NCBI GenBank assembly: GCA_964270895.1
Contig: OZ185444.1
DNA length: 64,000 nucleotides
Direction: 5' to 3' (one strand)
DNA from: Podarcis filfolensis
Lineage: Eukaryota
Shown: positions 22,801 to 36,540 of the stretch, one piece after another
Numbering within the stretch: position 1 is the stretch's first letter
How the letters are laid out: every line of letters begins with the position of its first letter
Notes under the pieces: generated by a model
Databases searched by the model: none
What the model saw: the letters and a program-made list of their open reading frames with translations, nothing else
What the model was told of the DNA's origin: nothing
Program-made: the position numbers and the translations under genes

Positions 22801-23682
22801 TACAAATCCCGGCCATGCACCACTTTTCGTTCCTAACAATTTGCAATCTACTCAACAAGATGCCCCTGAATTATATTTTCATCCCCACTAACAAAGTAAC
22901 AAACGATGTGATGACACGTAGATGTCATCCGCTCTCACCAAGATCCAAGAATCTTCACTTCCAGTGTTATTTCATTATAAGAAGCAGGAGTGATTTTCAC
23001 ATCTGCAATACACTTTGTAACAGCATCCAGATCAGTCCTTCTGATGTTGAAAATTCTGTAGCCGATTCCTCATTATTGATGACGCTCTCAAGTCAATTAG
23101 TTGCTCCTTTCTATCAGGTTGCCTTGAAGTTCTGTATCAAATTCCTTTCTGAATACAGAAGCAAAACAGAGTCAGTTAATGAGAGCTGAACATTCTTAGA
23201 CAGAATTTCTTATTTCAATGATTTTCATAAGTGGCAAAATACAGAAGGAAATGGACTGTCTCAATAAGACTTTTAGGACTGAGTAAATATTCTTTCACAA
23301 TATATATAACAGCCCCATCCAGTTTTTCTAAGCTGGTGGACAAAGATGTCAGCAAGGTCATCATAATCCAAGTCTTGCCGCACCCTGTTACAGGCAACTC
23401 TTCCAGGTGTGAGTCTATTCAGGTTGTCCACTGCTGTACATAAGAATACTGAAGATAGTTATTTTCATTATCATTTCACAAACTGTCTGAGAGCATAGAA
23501 TTGGCATAGCCTAAACTTGTTAGCCATGTTCCCATCAACAGAACATGAAAACAGCAAATTGAATGTGCTATACAGTACTTTAAAAACAGACACAGCTTGA
23601 TACAATGATGACCTAACATCACATGCTTATTCATCATTTTTAAAGTATAACTACTTATTACTGCTATAGTTTATGAAACGCT

Positions 23683-23860
23683 GTGCAGTCCTACACACAT
23701 GTATTGGAAGTAAGTCTCACCTAGTTCAATGGGGCTTACTCTTATGTAAGTGTACAGAGAACACTTACAGCACAACCCAATGCATGTCTACTTAGAAGTA
23801 AGTACCCCTGAATTCCATGGGACATACTCCCCAGATCAGTGGGTATAGGATTGCAGCCTA
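23683..23860. repeat. Two head-to-tail copies of a short, partly palindromic squamate repeat
   Basis: Unit (ca)atcctatgcatgt..tt(a/g)gaagtaagt...gttcaatggg..ttactc. Related copies near 5.8, 18.4, 18.8, 32.8 and 46.1 kb. Confidence 0.55.
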
Positions 23861-24157
23861 TATTTTAATTTTTAATGTTGGTCTTCTGAAAAGCACACAT
23901 TGAAGGCCTATCCAGATCCATTTAAACCAGTAGAAGTCATAACCTTGAGTTCAAAATTATGTAAGCTGCATCCTTTGAGCAGGGTAGCATCCTTTTTGAC
24001 ATTTTATTAGATGCATGGCTTCCAGGACAAGTATTTCTAACTGCCAATTTAGCTGGCTTCTGTTCATGAAATGAGAAGGATGATGTCGGGTCCATTGCCT
24101 CAGGTAGCAAGACATCTCAGGCTGGACCTGACTGACTCTAGGGAGCATTTAAAATAA

Positions 24158-24473
24158 GAGCTCATCCACACTTTTGCTTGACCCATATTTTGATCACATT
24201 GTGTTCTGATTAATTCCCCTGGGTCTGAGAGCTTTTCTTGTTGTTCTGTAGCTGTGCCTTGCGGAAATCTGATTTTACCCGCTGAATTGAAGCTCCGTTA
24301 AGCAAATCTCTCTTCAGATTTTCCATGCATCTGATAAGACCTGACTCAGCGAGTAAGATCGGATTTTCTCAAGGCACAGCCATGGAGCAACAGGAAAAGC
24401 TCTTAGAGCTGATGGAATTAATTGGTACACAATACAATGAAAATACGGATCAAGCAAAAGTGTGGATGAGCAC
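24158..24473. mobile_element. PIF/Harbinger-type foldback MITE (316 bp)
   Basis: About 130-bp imperfect inverted arms (gctcatccacacttttgcttga... / ...tcaagcaaaagtgtggatgagc), with TAA on both sides (24155-24157 and 24474-24476). Confidence 0.8.
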
Positions 24474-26605
24474 TAAATCAAGAAAGGTTTTATACAGGGG
24501 GCATCCATAGTCCAGCAATGCAGAAAGGAGATAAAAATTCATTCTGACTTCTCTGTAAACATGGGTAAGTTTCACATCCGCACTTCCAGTTTAGAAAAGG
24601 GCTGTTGTTTCAGGTTTTTTGTTTTTCACAGATTACTGAGAACTCGTACACAAAAGCCCAGGATTTTCCAAAGAAATTCAACTCAATTCCAAATCTACCC
24701 TACAATCAGTTTCACTTCTCCATCACTTCTACCTTGAGCAGTAGCAATGGGGAAAGTCAAAGGGGAGTGGTTGGTCAAGTAACAACTAACTGGAAATTCC
24801 AGGAACACAGATCTATGGCAACTGCAGTTTGCTTGGGCTTCTGGGCCTTTACCTCTGGTACATTTGCGCTGGGAATTTCTTGTTAGTAAGACTTCCGGGC
24901 CTAATGAAGGCCAGAAGAGCAGACTTCTCTTTGTGCCCTTCCCACTGCTGGACAATCCCTCTCCATTCCACCACCATCACCACGTTAGCCTTCTTCTTTC
25001 AAGATGACACTGTTGCAGGGAGGAATCTTCCTTTGGGATGGGTCACATGGGAAACTTGGAGCAGAGCACCCCTTGCAAATTTCGACTAGCCAGTGTGTGG
25101 ATTTATTTTGAATGCCAGACTCTGCCAGGTCTTGGTGTTAATTACTGAAGGCAGAGGAAATCAGAAAAGGAATTGAGAGCGGGTCAGAGCTGATGGCCTA
25201 AGTTATGGCCAATGAATGGACACTTAAATCTGGCCGTTACTTGGAGAAAACGTTTCTCAGGTTTCTTGGCAGGCAATAGATGTGTGGCAATTCCCTGCTA
25301 TGCCTTTTGATGTTTTCTGGAATGTGGTTATGTCAGCCTGCTCTTGAGGCCATTTTTAAGTTAGAGACAGTGGGTGATAGCCAACATTAGTCACATTCCG
25401 AGTAGACCTATTGAAATGAATGGATCTCTTAAGAAATGCCTTCACTGAGCTGCAATTTCAAATGCTCCTGCAGTTCTGGGTGGTCACTACGACAAGGTCG
25501 CTTATGACGGCAGGTTCTGTGTTTGTGGCCAATTTCAGGTGGAAGATATTATTCACTATCTGTTCATCTGTCCTTTATATAGTAATACAAGAGAGATTTC
25601 TGAAATGTCTGTTGACATATGGAAGCAGGAACACCTTGGAAGAAACAGTACTATTTCTTTTGAGTGACACTAACAGCTTTGTGACACATGAAGTGTATCT
25701 TTTTTGCACTGGCTGCAAAAAAAAAAAAAGAGTGTTAGATAATATTGCTGCAAATTGTTTTGGGAACTCTGAGGTTTAATCTGAAGCTGAGTTCGCTGAT
25801 GGTACCAAAGGCAGATAGAGGAGAGTGTGAGCTGTTCAGTTTCACCAGGCGTGAAAATTCTGGGGCACCGCAGCAGGCGCCACAGCTATGAAGTCTAACA
25901 GAAGGTGAGAGGCAGGGGTGCCGGATTTTGGCAACGCACAGGATGCTACTGAAATTTGAGACGCTAAGGTACTGATGGTACACTAAGATACTGATGGTAC
26001 TTCTATTTTTTCTTCTATAATATTATTGATGTTTGTTATGTTATTACTGTGTTTGTGTTTAGGTGTTTTATAGCATAATTGTCTAGCAGAATAAATGTAC
26101 TGAATTGTGTATGACTATTACTGGATATTCCCCAGGATATCAGGTTTGGTTCACACACACCCTCCCCCAAATCATGCTATGCATCTAATAGCACAGGAAA
26201 CGAACAGAACCACCATATATGGGGGGAAACTGGCAGCCCTGGTTCAAGGAATGCTGTGTTAACAGTTGATCCTCAGTTCTGGAACTGCTGTAGCTGCTTC
26301 AATCTTATTGCCCCCAGATTCATAGCAACCTATTATGACTGAAGAAGCTACCAAGAAGGCCAGCCAACAGAGCTTGGCTGGAGTTCTGGGATGGTGTCTC
26401 AGTTGGTTTGTAATCCTGCCAACACTGACCTTTCTGATGCTGATCTAATGAATGATGATCATATCCCTGCAAGCTTCAGATAGCAGAGACTACGGCTTAA
26501 GTCTGCATTGTATAAGGGCACATTAGCTGCAAGTTGAACAAGTCAAGGGTAGTTCTCTGCATTCATATTGGTTTGCCCTTGGCAGCATCTGTAGCACACA
26601 CTTAA

Positions 26606-26852
26606 AGAAGAAGAGTTTGGATTTGATATCCTGCTTTATCACTACCTGAAGGAGTCTCAAAGCGGCTAACATTCTCCTTTCCCTTCCTCCCCCACAACAA
26701 ACACTCTGTGAGGTGAGTGGGGCTGAGAGACTTCAGAGAAGTGTGACTGGCCCAAGGTCACCCAGCAGCTGCATGTGGAGGAGCGGAGAAGCGAACCCAA
26801 TTCACCAGATTATGAGTCTACTGCTCTTAACCACTACACCACACTGGCTCTC
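26606..26852 (-). mobile_element. Squam3-type SINE, relatively intact
   Basis: Minus strand reads gagagccagtgtggtgtagtggttaagagc...gggttcg (A and B boxes), MIR-like core gggtgaccttgggccagtcac, tail ...caaactcttcttct. Confidence 0.85.
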
Positions 26853-27193
26853 GAAGCACATGACTCCCCCCACCCAATGAATCCTGGGTACTGTAGTTTC
26901 CTCCCTCAAGCTACAACTTTCAAAATCCCAGGATCCTTTGGGTGAAGTCATACTTTAAATGTATGGTGCGTACACAGATTCAGATGACTGCTAATCATAT
27001 CTGTATTATTATTTGCCTGCCCTTCACTTTTAAGGTCCCAGTGCAGGGTTGCAACAATTAAAACACTATATTAAAACCAGTTTAAAACAACTTACAATCA
27101 AAGAAATAAGGTGGGTCTCTCAGTTCCCTAAGTAAGGATTGTGCACATTATTTCCCTCCCCCCAATTTTGTATTTGGGTTATGCTGAAGAATA

Positions 27194-27435
27194 CAGTGGT
27201 ACCTTGGGTTACATACGCTTCAGGTTACATATGCTTCAGGTTACACACTCCGCTAACCCAGAAATAGTGCTTCAGGTTAAGAACTTTGCTTCAGGATAAG
27301 AACAGAAATTGGGCTCCAGCGGCGCGGCGGCAGCGAGAGGACCCATTAGCTAAAGTGGTGCTTCGGGTTAAGAACAGTTTCAGGTTAAGTACGGACCTCT
27401 GGAATGAATTAAGTACTTAACCCAAGGTACCACTG
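27194..27435. mobile_element. Tc1/mariner MITE, second copy
   Basis: TIR CAGTGGTACCT(T)GGGTTA, TA TSD (27192-27193 and 27436-27437). Confidence 0.92.
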
Positions 27436-29915
27436 TACTGACATCCAAAGGTGCCCTGTGAGCTTTGTGACCTAGTAGAGGCTTGAAAAACAAATGTTGC
27501 TGATCCAAGTCCAACATTCTCTATACACTACGCCATACTGGCATTTAGGAATCTGCTTTCACTAACTATTCCTTAGATTCTTCAAGGTTTCATAAGCATG
27601 ATTCCCTTCTGCCCCAGCTACAGCAGGAATAATGGCATTTTAGAACATAAAGCTTGAAGCACTATTTTATTCAAGCATTTCAAAATACAAACATAATCCT
27701 CCAATGGTCAGGCAGCTCATTCATCACAAATTATTTTCTCCTGTATATTTATAACGATGCAAAGTTCTCATAACAGCAGAGGAGCAGGGAGGCAGTTGAA
27801 AAGAAAGGTTTTAAAAGGCCGTAGCCTGCAAGCCCTCTTTTTCTGACTTTCCTTCCGTTATTCTAACTTGCTGAAAATAAGTTAAAGCAAAACAGTACAA
27901 ATGTCAGCCATCTGTAGGTTCATTTTTCCAGGGAGATTGAAAGGAGGCCCATCTGTGTTACTAATAAAAGGCAACTGTATAATCCAGCAAAGCAAATATT
28001 ACTGTTACCAGTAATAAGGTTTCCAACAGTCCAGCTTAAAAAAAAAGAAGTAGTTCTATAAATAAGTAGCCTTGCCCCAATCTGTGTATTTTCCATTTCT
28101 AGACTGTAAGTTTACTTTTGCTGATCAAAACTGATCCAAATCTAGGGGCCAGGTGCATGTTTATCAGGTTGGCAGTTCAGATCTTTCTCAAGGGTTACAT
28201 TCACAGCTTGAAACCGTGGGTTCTGAGCCAGGTACAGCCATTCCATTTTAACCTACATGTGTACAGCTTACTTATATAGCCCAATGATTGATATCACCTG
28301 GTATATCTTTATTTCCCAATATTTAGAGGAGTTTGTATGACCACCACCAGAGTCATTGAAAGGGGGGGGGCAATCCCTGCCACCACATGTGCCGCCACAG
28401 ATTAATCTTGGATATGCCCTAGAACAAGCTTTTGATCCTTCCTCTACAATTTTCCGCCTACTCCTGAAATCTCTCCCCTTCTCTCAGTAAAATCTGAAAT
28501 GGCACCATTGAGAAACGGATGTAATAACAAGAGAGTAACACCATGGAATGAGATGGAGAGATAAATGAGAGGTACAGGCATTTGTTGTTAGTATTATTTA
28601 GCTGTTGAAAAAAAACATGTAAAATACAGAACTTGAGCATTACATTTTCTTTCTAAAATGCACAGAGTTTAATTTTCAGTCTAATGCTGGTAGTTTTCAT
28701 TGCTTTCGAGAGCTTTCCTAGCTATTAGAAAATTAACGTACTTGGATAGGAGATTGAAATACTTAATGAGAATCACACCACTGGTGACTATTTCTTTCGA
28801 CAATATAGCCCCATAAAGTGATAATGCAATTAGCTGTTTATTTCTGGCATGCATGGGCAGTGCAGAAGCATGGGAAACAGTTAAGAAGAGGAAAGCACAG
28901 AAAGGAAACACATTCGTACCATTTAGAATACATTGGGATGTTCCGAACAAAAGAAAGAAAAATTAGAACCTCGCTGAGGTACGGCCCCTACATATAGGTC
29001 AGAAAGGGAAGTATAACACAATACTTATGGAATCAGCATCAGCACAAGGATACAAACTCCCTGTCTGCCAGGGCTAGGATTACCAGGATCCTACATGCTG
29101 CTGTTACAACACAGTAAGTCAGGAGTGCCCTTGAGATGTTAGTGGACTACAATTCCCATCATCCCTGGCCTTGCTGAGTAGAGTTGATGGGAATTGTAGG
29201 TCAGCAGCGTCTGGAAGCCACTACATTGGCTATCCCTGCAATATAGGAGGCGGCCAGTAATTATGTAGACTTATGCCTCAGTCCTAAACCGATTCACTTG
29301 TATATCAGTACAAGTAATTCCCGGTAATTCGTGGCATTTACTTCCTTGTAGGTATGTTCAGGCTCAGGATATGACTATGTTTATTCTGCCTGTCAAAAAC
29401 ACAGGACTTTCCTGATCATAAAATATACAGTGTGCTATTAGAAAGCGGGAGGTATAAACAAAGAAAAAGAAATCTACTCATCAGTTCATATTAAGGGGGA
29501 TGGAGTGTGAAAATGAGGAAATGTCGCCTATTACAATAAACCAGCATGAATCCTGTCTCATGCACATTTGATTCAATGCTAACAACATCCCACTTGGAAA
29601 AAGAGTGAGAATTAACAGTGTAGCCAATAATTGGTTACAAAGGACAGCTATTGTTTCTTAATCCCTTTTTCCATTACTCGATTACACATTACGAGTATGT
29701 GCTCCTCCACCTCCCATTGGATGCACAGATGCTAAAACCACAGGAGATCATCTTAATCCTCAGGTGCTTTCAGAACAATGAATTCAGTTAGTCTTATTCC
29801 AGATAAACCATTGACAGCCACAATATGCCAACATGAAAAAAACAGAGAAGCATGGTAACCTGCCTGCCATTTATACAAACACTGATAAATGTTTTAGCTT
29901 ATTCATATATTTATA

Positions 29916-29918
<3 letters not shown>

Positions 29919-29972
<54 letters not shown>
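29919..29972. repeat. Compound (CT)n(CA)n microsatellite
   Basis: Directly visible. Confidence 0.97.
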
Positions 29973-29973
<1 letters not shown>

Positions 29974-32900
29974 TTTCATGAAATTTAAGCTCCTATTGGA
30001 TTTTATCCCTTGGATTAATAAAAGTTGGTGTTCTGGAACTACTCCAGTTATTAATATAATGGGCAACTTATCGAAGGGCCAAACTAGACGTCATGATAAT
30101 AATGCATCAGATTGTTGTTCTTTATATAGCAGCTGGGTGTAGCGAACAATCAGAATCGGGGCCTTGGTGTGTTCTAAGGGGAATGTTAATCCTCCCACAT
30201 CCCAATGAAAATCTCCCCTAAAACTGTTATTATCCCCATTCGGAAAGTGTTCTTTGACTCCTGTGGAAACATTCCTCTGGGGGGAAATCTCAAGGGGGAT
30301 TTTCATTGGCATCATGGTATGTTTGTGCGGGGAGGGGGGAGTTTCAAGCCTCCTGCACACCACAGTTCAAATCCTGGTCAGCCTCGTCTGCCCCTCAGCA
30401 GCTGCTATTTAAAGAACAAAATCTGAGCATGTTAAATGCTTGTGCACATTTAATGTTACATCTAGTTTATCCCCAAGAGGAATAACTCATATACCTGCTA
30501 ATCAGCTTATATGTTACACAAAAGAATTGCAAGAACTTAACATTTATACATAGGACAAAACTCCCAGTTTCAGTTATTTTCACTCCCCCACTTTGAAGTC
30601 TGAAGTCTGCTCAAAATAGTGTTACTAGCCACCCCAATTTCTGCTCAGCAGTGAACAAGAATCCAGGTGTCCTGGCTCTCAGCCAGGGTCTTTGTCCCTT
30701 TGGAGAGAAATAAAGCATGGTGGAGTCTTTGAAAGATGGTTTATTAATGCATATGTACACCCTGAGTGTAGATGAAGGGAGTGCAGAGTATACAGCATTC
30801 TCATCTCAGGTGCAACTTGTCCTTCCCTGCCCCCCAGAATTGGATTCAGAGCCATCCTGCATGCCATCTTTGTTCCTGCTTCTCACCTCCACAACAGCTG
30901 ATAGAACTGTGCCCCATTCCTTCCCAGCAAACCTTTAGATTTCAAAATGGACAAATTTTCCTGTGACATCATGCCCCCTCATCACCTTGGCAACCTGTCA
31001 ATTCTATCACTGTCCACTCTTCAGAGAGGACAGTTCTTTTGCATTGCCAGCGCCCTTAATGGATCAGTGCTTGGCTCCCTATCACCCCGCAATGTCTCTG
31101 CACTAAGCTAGCCCAGCCAGGCTGGTTTGCATAAGCTAACCCAGGAATTTCTCATATGGTACAGTTCTGCAGGTTGTATTTTCCCTTCATATCCTAAATA
31201 TTATGTAAATGCTACCCTTTATTGGTTTCCAGTATTCATTAACAGACTCTGGTACGCCAGCTATAACAATAGGAAACAACTATTTCAAAAGACCGTTCAA
31301 AATAGAAGACCCAGGACAGAGACTGCCACTCCAGCTGATTCACACATAGAAGCTAACAGATCAAGCTTATGCATTGTTAATCAAAAATAAGCCCCACATA
31401 ATTCAACAAGACTATAGAATCACAGCACAAACACACAGGCAGAATGGTTTCTGACTAGATCCACTGGTTTTGAAAAAGCTGCCTGAGCTTTTTGTTTAGA
31501 GCAAATGTGCAAAGGAATATGTTCTTACTTGTTTAGATTCCATTATTAGAACCACATAGTGTACTCCTAGAACAGGAGGTTATTTGGCCATTTACATTTT
31601 CTCAAAGTGCACATGGTCCTACCCAGAATATATAGATAATTCTTGGGTTCCTCAGCTGTTAAGGTTGGAATGGCAAAAAGAAAATGCAGCCATGTTTGTG
31701 TCAGGCATTTCCTGGTGCCTTTGTAAAAGAAATACTGCATGTCCAATGAACTTAGCATGCTCAGGAATTTCATTGTACAGAGAAAAAGCTGTCAGACGTC
31801 AGATACAGCTTCATATTACTGTGATAATAACACCACTGTGTTTGAACACCCCAACACACTCTTCCAGTCGCATTTCCAGTCAGTTACAGAGAGAAGCAAA
31901 ACCAGCCGTTCATGCAGCAGGCTTGATTAACAACTGAAATTTTCTACCATACAAAAGTAATCAAAATTTGTCTTCTGGGATAATTCTATACAAAATACGC
32001 TTTTATCTTGCAGTTTGAGCTCACAAGGAGTGGAAGGGAGATGGAGATATAGATGTAGTTAATCTTACTTGTTTTGTGTGGTGTTGATCAAACGATTGCC
32101 ACCTTGAGTGAGTTTGCGCATTTCTTACTCTGCTGGCATCCGGCCAAGAGGTTATGTAGTCCAGACAGCCAGTCTGAAATGTAGATTTAAACTACTTAAA
32201 ATCCATTGTTGTATCACTTCTCTTTGATTAAGCTGCCCTACCCTCTCAGACAAGTATGGGCAATTCTGAAGTTCTAGTAAGCAACTTAAGACCCGGTTTG
32301 TTTTTGCAGCAGACAATATAAGAAAGCAAAATTACTACAGGAAAATCGAAGGAGGCATGCTTTACTACATACACATTTTAATAACAAACATTTAAAACTC
32401 TGCCCCCATGCCATGCCACAAGGATCACATTCAGTGAAGTCATAGGCATTTCTCAAAGCTTTCACAGCGCAAATAATAGCCACAATGTATGTGGTGTGAA
32501 CAGAGGTACCCTGTGACGGGGGACATCCGATCCTATTACTGTGATGTTCAGTGAACAAAGAGCATAGTGATCACAGATAATAAGGTTAACATGTTAAATT
32601 TTGGACTAAAAGGCAAAACCACCTGAACACCAATCCATCTGTGACTGGCTCCCTCACAGGACTACCTTGTATCATCTCCAGAAAGGTATGCTCAGAGCAA
32701 ATTATTAAACCAGGTCAGGTCAATCTAGGATTAATTTTTTCTAGGACTGTATATTTGCACTTGAGTCACTAATGCACATCAATTATCCTATGCACATTTA
32801 CTCAGAAATAATACCTGCTAAATTCAATGATATTTACTCCCAACTAAGTATGTTTAGGACTGTAGCCTTACATGCTCAACTACAGCTTGGCTTCCTGCTA

Positions 32901-34744
32901 ATCCACCTTGCCCAAGCAGGCAGAGGTGGTGGTGTCTGGAAGTGGGATTTCCAGAGCCATAAATTTGCTTTTCAAGCAGTTTGGGGCTTCAAAAACAGTT
33001 CTTGGAGTGAAGCAAATTGATTCCTTTGGATTTTAACCAAAGCTGCATGTGCAGTGCTTATGTGTGCTCTTACTATGAAGAGAACTGTGTGGCAGCAGCA
33101 AGCTGGAGTGTGCATTTGCTATATTATTGAAATGTGATACTCTCCCAAGCTCCACCCTGACACTGTCACACATTGGCTGCATTCAAATGTCACAACAAGC
33201 CTTGGTTTCTTTTATTGTGATGAGAACACCCTAGAGCAAGTCTCATGTTTATGTACACTCCCTCCCACTTTCTGCACATGTGGGGAGGAAATGTGAAGCT
33301 TCCATTTGTGGTTTGGGACAAACCACAGTTCCCCATCTTGTCTGAATGTAGAAAACCATGGTTTGTACTACCCAAAGTTAATAAACCATAGATTGATCCC
33401 CCTTTGGTATCCTGTTCTTTTCTTGCAAGTTATAGTTAAACTAACTTTAACGGCTTTGTTTGTTTTTTTGCAGTACAAAGTTTCCACACATTTTCCTGCC
33501 CTGAAAGAGATCCCTATGTGCACACAGTTCTTCTGTCAGTTCTTCTGAAATTTCTCAAGTATTTTGTATTGTTTACAGTTTAGAACACGTATACTTTTAC
33601 GACAATCTTTTGAATGGAGCTTTGTTTCAGAGGAGGAGAGCTAGGGTGTGGAAAGCCTGTTTTTGACATAAGAGAACCAGAACCATGATGATGTTAGCAG
33701 AACAGACTAATTAATTTTTGTTAATTAAACCTTCCAGTCTACATGACCCCATTTCAAGAAGCTTAAGCTGCTACTCAGGTCAGAACTTGTTTTGTGCAGC
33801 CAAGTATCCACCTTCCCTCTTACAGATTATGCTGAAGGGAGCCAGCCTGTCAACTTCCATGAGGACATGGATTTATCCTTGACTAGAGACTCTCCAGTAG
33901 CGCCTAATTTCAGAGATGAATCCAAATTCTTGAACAATTCACACAGAGAGAAGTTGGAAGGAACAAAACAACTCTTTCTTAGTTCTATTCTCTTCATGAA
34001 ATAAAGAGATCACCTTCAGGGATGAGATAAATATTAGGGGGTAGCATAAGATACATTCCACTTTGCTGCAATGGGGGGTGAGTTTCGGGATCATAATGAC
34101 AGAATGACAGATAATTTTTTTTAAAAGAAAGAGAATCCAGACTAGCAGCAATAGAATGAATAGCCAACATCACACTGCTGTGTGCTGTGGAATTTATTGC
34201 TTCTAGGCTTCCATTTGCCCTTTGTCAGCAGCCCCACAGTGTGTGAAAATATAAATACAACAATGAGAAGTCACTTATGTGGGCTTGCTGTGATAATTTG
34301 ACCTTTCTCCTCCACAGTCCATACTAGATAGTATATACATAAATTCCATCACTGCATTGTTCATTTTCCCTCTTGCGAGTATTATAATAGGAGCAACAAC
34401 AAAAACAAAACTACACATGTGTGGGGTAGGTGGGTGAATCTCATATTTATTTTCTAGAGGACTGTATTCTTTATGTGCAGATAGCCAGTTCTAGGAACAG
34501 CAGGGGAAACAGAAGTACACATTGAATCAGTTCCCCTTCTAACCTGCCATGTTCTTAGTGTACATGGTGGGTCACAATTCAGAAGTAACACATGTATGAT
34601 ATCACATCAAACAGAAATAAAGATATACATTAAAGTCTCACACCAGTTAAACCAGCAGTGGGAATCCTCAGGCTTGGGGGTCAAATGCAGCCACCCAAGC
34701 CTCTCTAGCTAGCCCTTGGAACTCCCCCCAGGCCATAATAGTAA

Positions 34745-34815
34745 CAATAATTTTATTATTTATACCACGCCATCTGGCTGGGTTGCCCCAGACACTCTCT
34801 GCATGGCTTACTCCT
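34745..34815 (-). mobile_element. LINE (L2-like) 3' tail remnant
   Basis: AT-rich tail followed by ataccacgccatctggctgggttgccccagacactct, a recurrent lacertid LINE end as I recall it. Confidence 0.45.
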
Positions 34816-36540
34816 CCCCAAGCCATGACCCTCTTTGACACTGTTCAAGTGTTTTTGTCTGCCTGGAAGAAGAAGAAGATGCATCTTTCAACTGAGATAA
34901 TGCACAAGTTAATACATTGATCCAACACGTGGCACACCCTCTGTACCTTCCTTATGAAGAGTGGGCCAGGCTCAGCTTTAGCACAGCAAGCGGCTGCAGT
35001 CCCGGGACTAGGCAAGCAAGCAGGCGCTCTTTGGTGTGGCTTGGATCATCAAGGTTTGCTTGTGCCAACACAGGCTTCTCCATATCCGCAGTGCCAGCTC
35101 AGCCTCCAATTAACTCTCAGTCACCTCCCTGCACTGACAGGAGGCCAGCTACATCTCAGAGGAGAGATGCAAAGAGCCTGTCTTTGTGAGTGCGCCCCCC
35201 CCATAGGTCCACTGTTAAGTCCATGCACACACCCATGACTCATAATCTTTCACTCTATCTAGCTCATTAAAATACCCATACACATTATACCTGTGGCAGC
35301 AACTCCCTTCTGAAGGTTCCTTGGGCTGGAGGTGAAACCTACCACCCCCTGATGGCAAACAGAGTCTCTCTACCTTCAGAGATCTTCCTCTGGAAACAGC
35401 TCCCTCATGAAGGCTCATTATGAAAGGTGCCCTGTAGCCCCCAAAACTTGGTGGGCCCTGCACTAAGCCCTGTGCACTGAGGTATCCAATCAAAAACCTT
35501 GGAGGACCAAGCCAGAATGGGCAGTTGACATACTGAATGCACTTTTATATCAGCAGCAGGCTGAGGACCACGATGCCCCCAAATGTTGTGTCTCTTCTGT
35601 GAAGAAGAGTAGAAGTAATTATGACAGTGCAAATGGCCCTATCATGGATCAAGTCATCCACACTTTTCTCAAGGCAGGTAATTACAAAAGAAAATGCCAA
35701 AGGATTGCGCCTAATGTATTTGTCAAGTAGCTGCTCCTTTAGGCTTTAGTGCATAAATGCAGGTGTCGTCCTCAATATATTGCTTGATGTTTGAGGGAGA
35801 TAGATTGCTAAGCATGTCCTTATCTACAAATACTAGGAGATGAAAAAGCCATTTGGCTTGACCTTTCTTGTAGAAGAGAGGTAACTGAAAGAAACAGAGA
35901 GCAATTGTTCATAGGCTTCATTGTATCACCTGCAGGGTGGGATATTTTCTAACCCCCTCAAAGGAATCTTAGATTTTGTTCTACCTTCCACCTATACCCA
36001 ACAACTTAAAATGACTTCTGAAAGACGGGTAGTGGGCCCATAAACATTGGAAAGGGTATGGTTGCCAGAGCTGGCCGGCCCACCCATTAGATGCATTGAA
36101 GCAGCTGCTTCGGGCAGTGGAAGCGCAGGAGCAGATGCCCCGCCTGCCTCAGTTTCTGATGCACAGCACTGTCACTTGTATTCCTTGCTCCTAGGGCTGA
36201 GAAGACAAGCAGCCAGACCTTGCAGAATGCCCCCCACTCTCACCAATGAGGCATTCTGGCACACAGCGTTGCTGCTCATCTTCCCCAACCCTGGGAAGGA
36301 GAAGATGAATGGCAAGAACTTGAGGAAAAACCCCCTCTCTCACTGAGTTCAGCAAGAGGGTGGCATTCTGGTGGTGGCAGAAGTAGCAAGGTGGGTGGGG
36401 TGTGGCAGCGGGTGTCTCTTGTAGACCTTTTTTATGCCAACAGACCTATGCAGTTGCTTACATTTTTTAAAAATAGCCAGTTATTTTGGTGATTATTTTA
36501 TATACCATTCCATATTTAATTTTATCTGTTTTATACCATA

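Noticed and set aside
23215-23397. Walker-A-like PVTGCGKT, and in another frame the hAT-like LDYDDLADIF
   Set aside because: There is no Walker B motif and the ORF starts at TTG. The hAT-like fragments (LDYDDL, and EQLIDL near 23090) are in the wrong order for one transposase, so they are probably chance matches.
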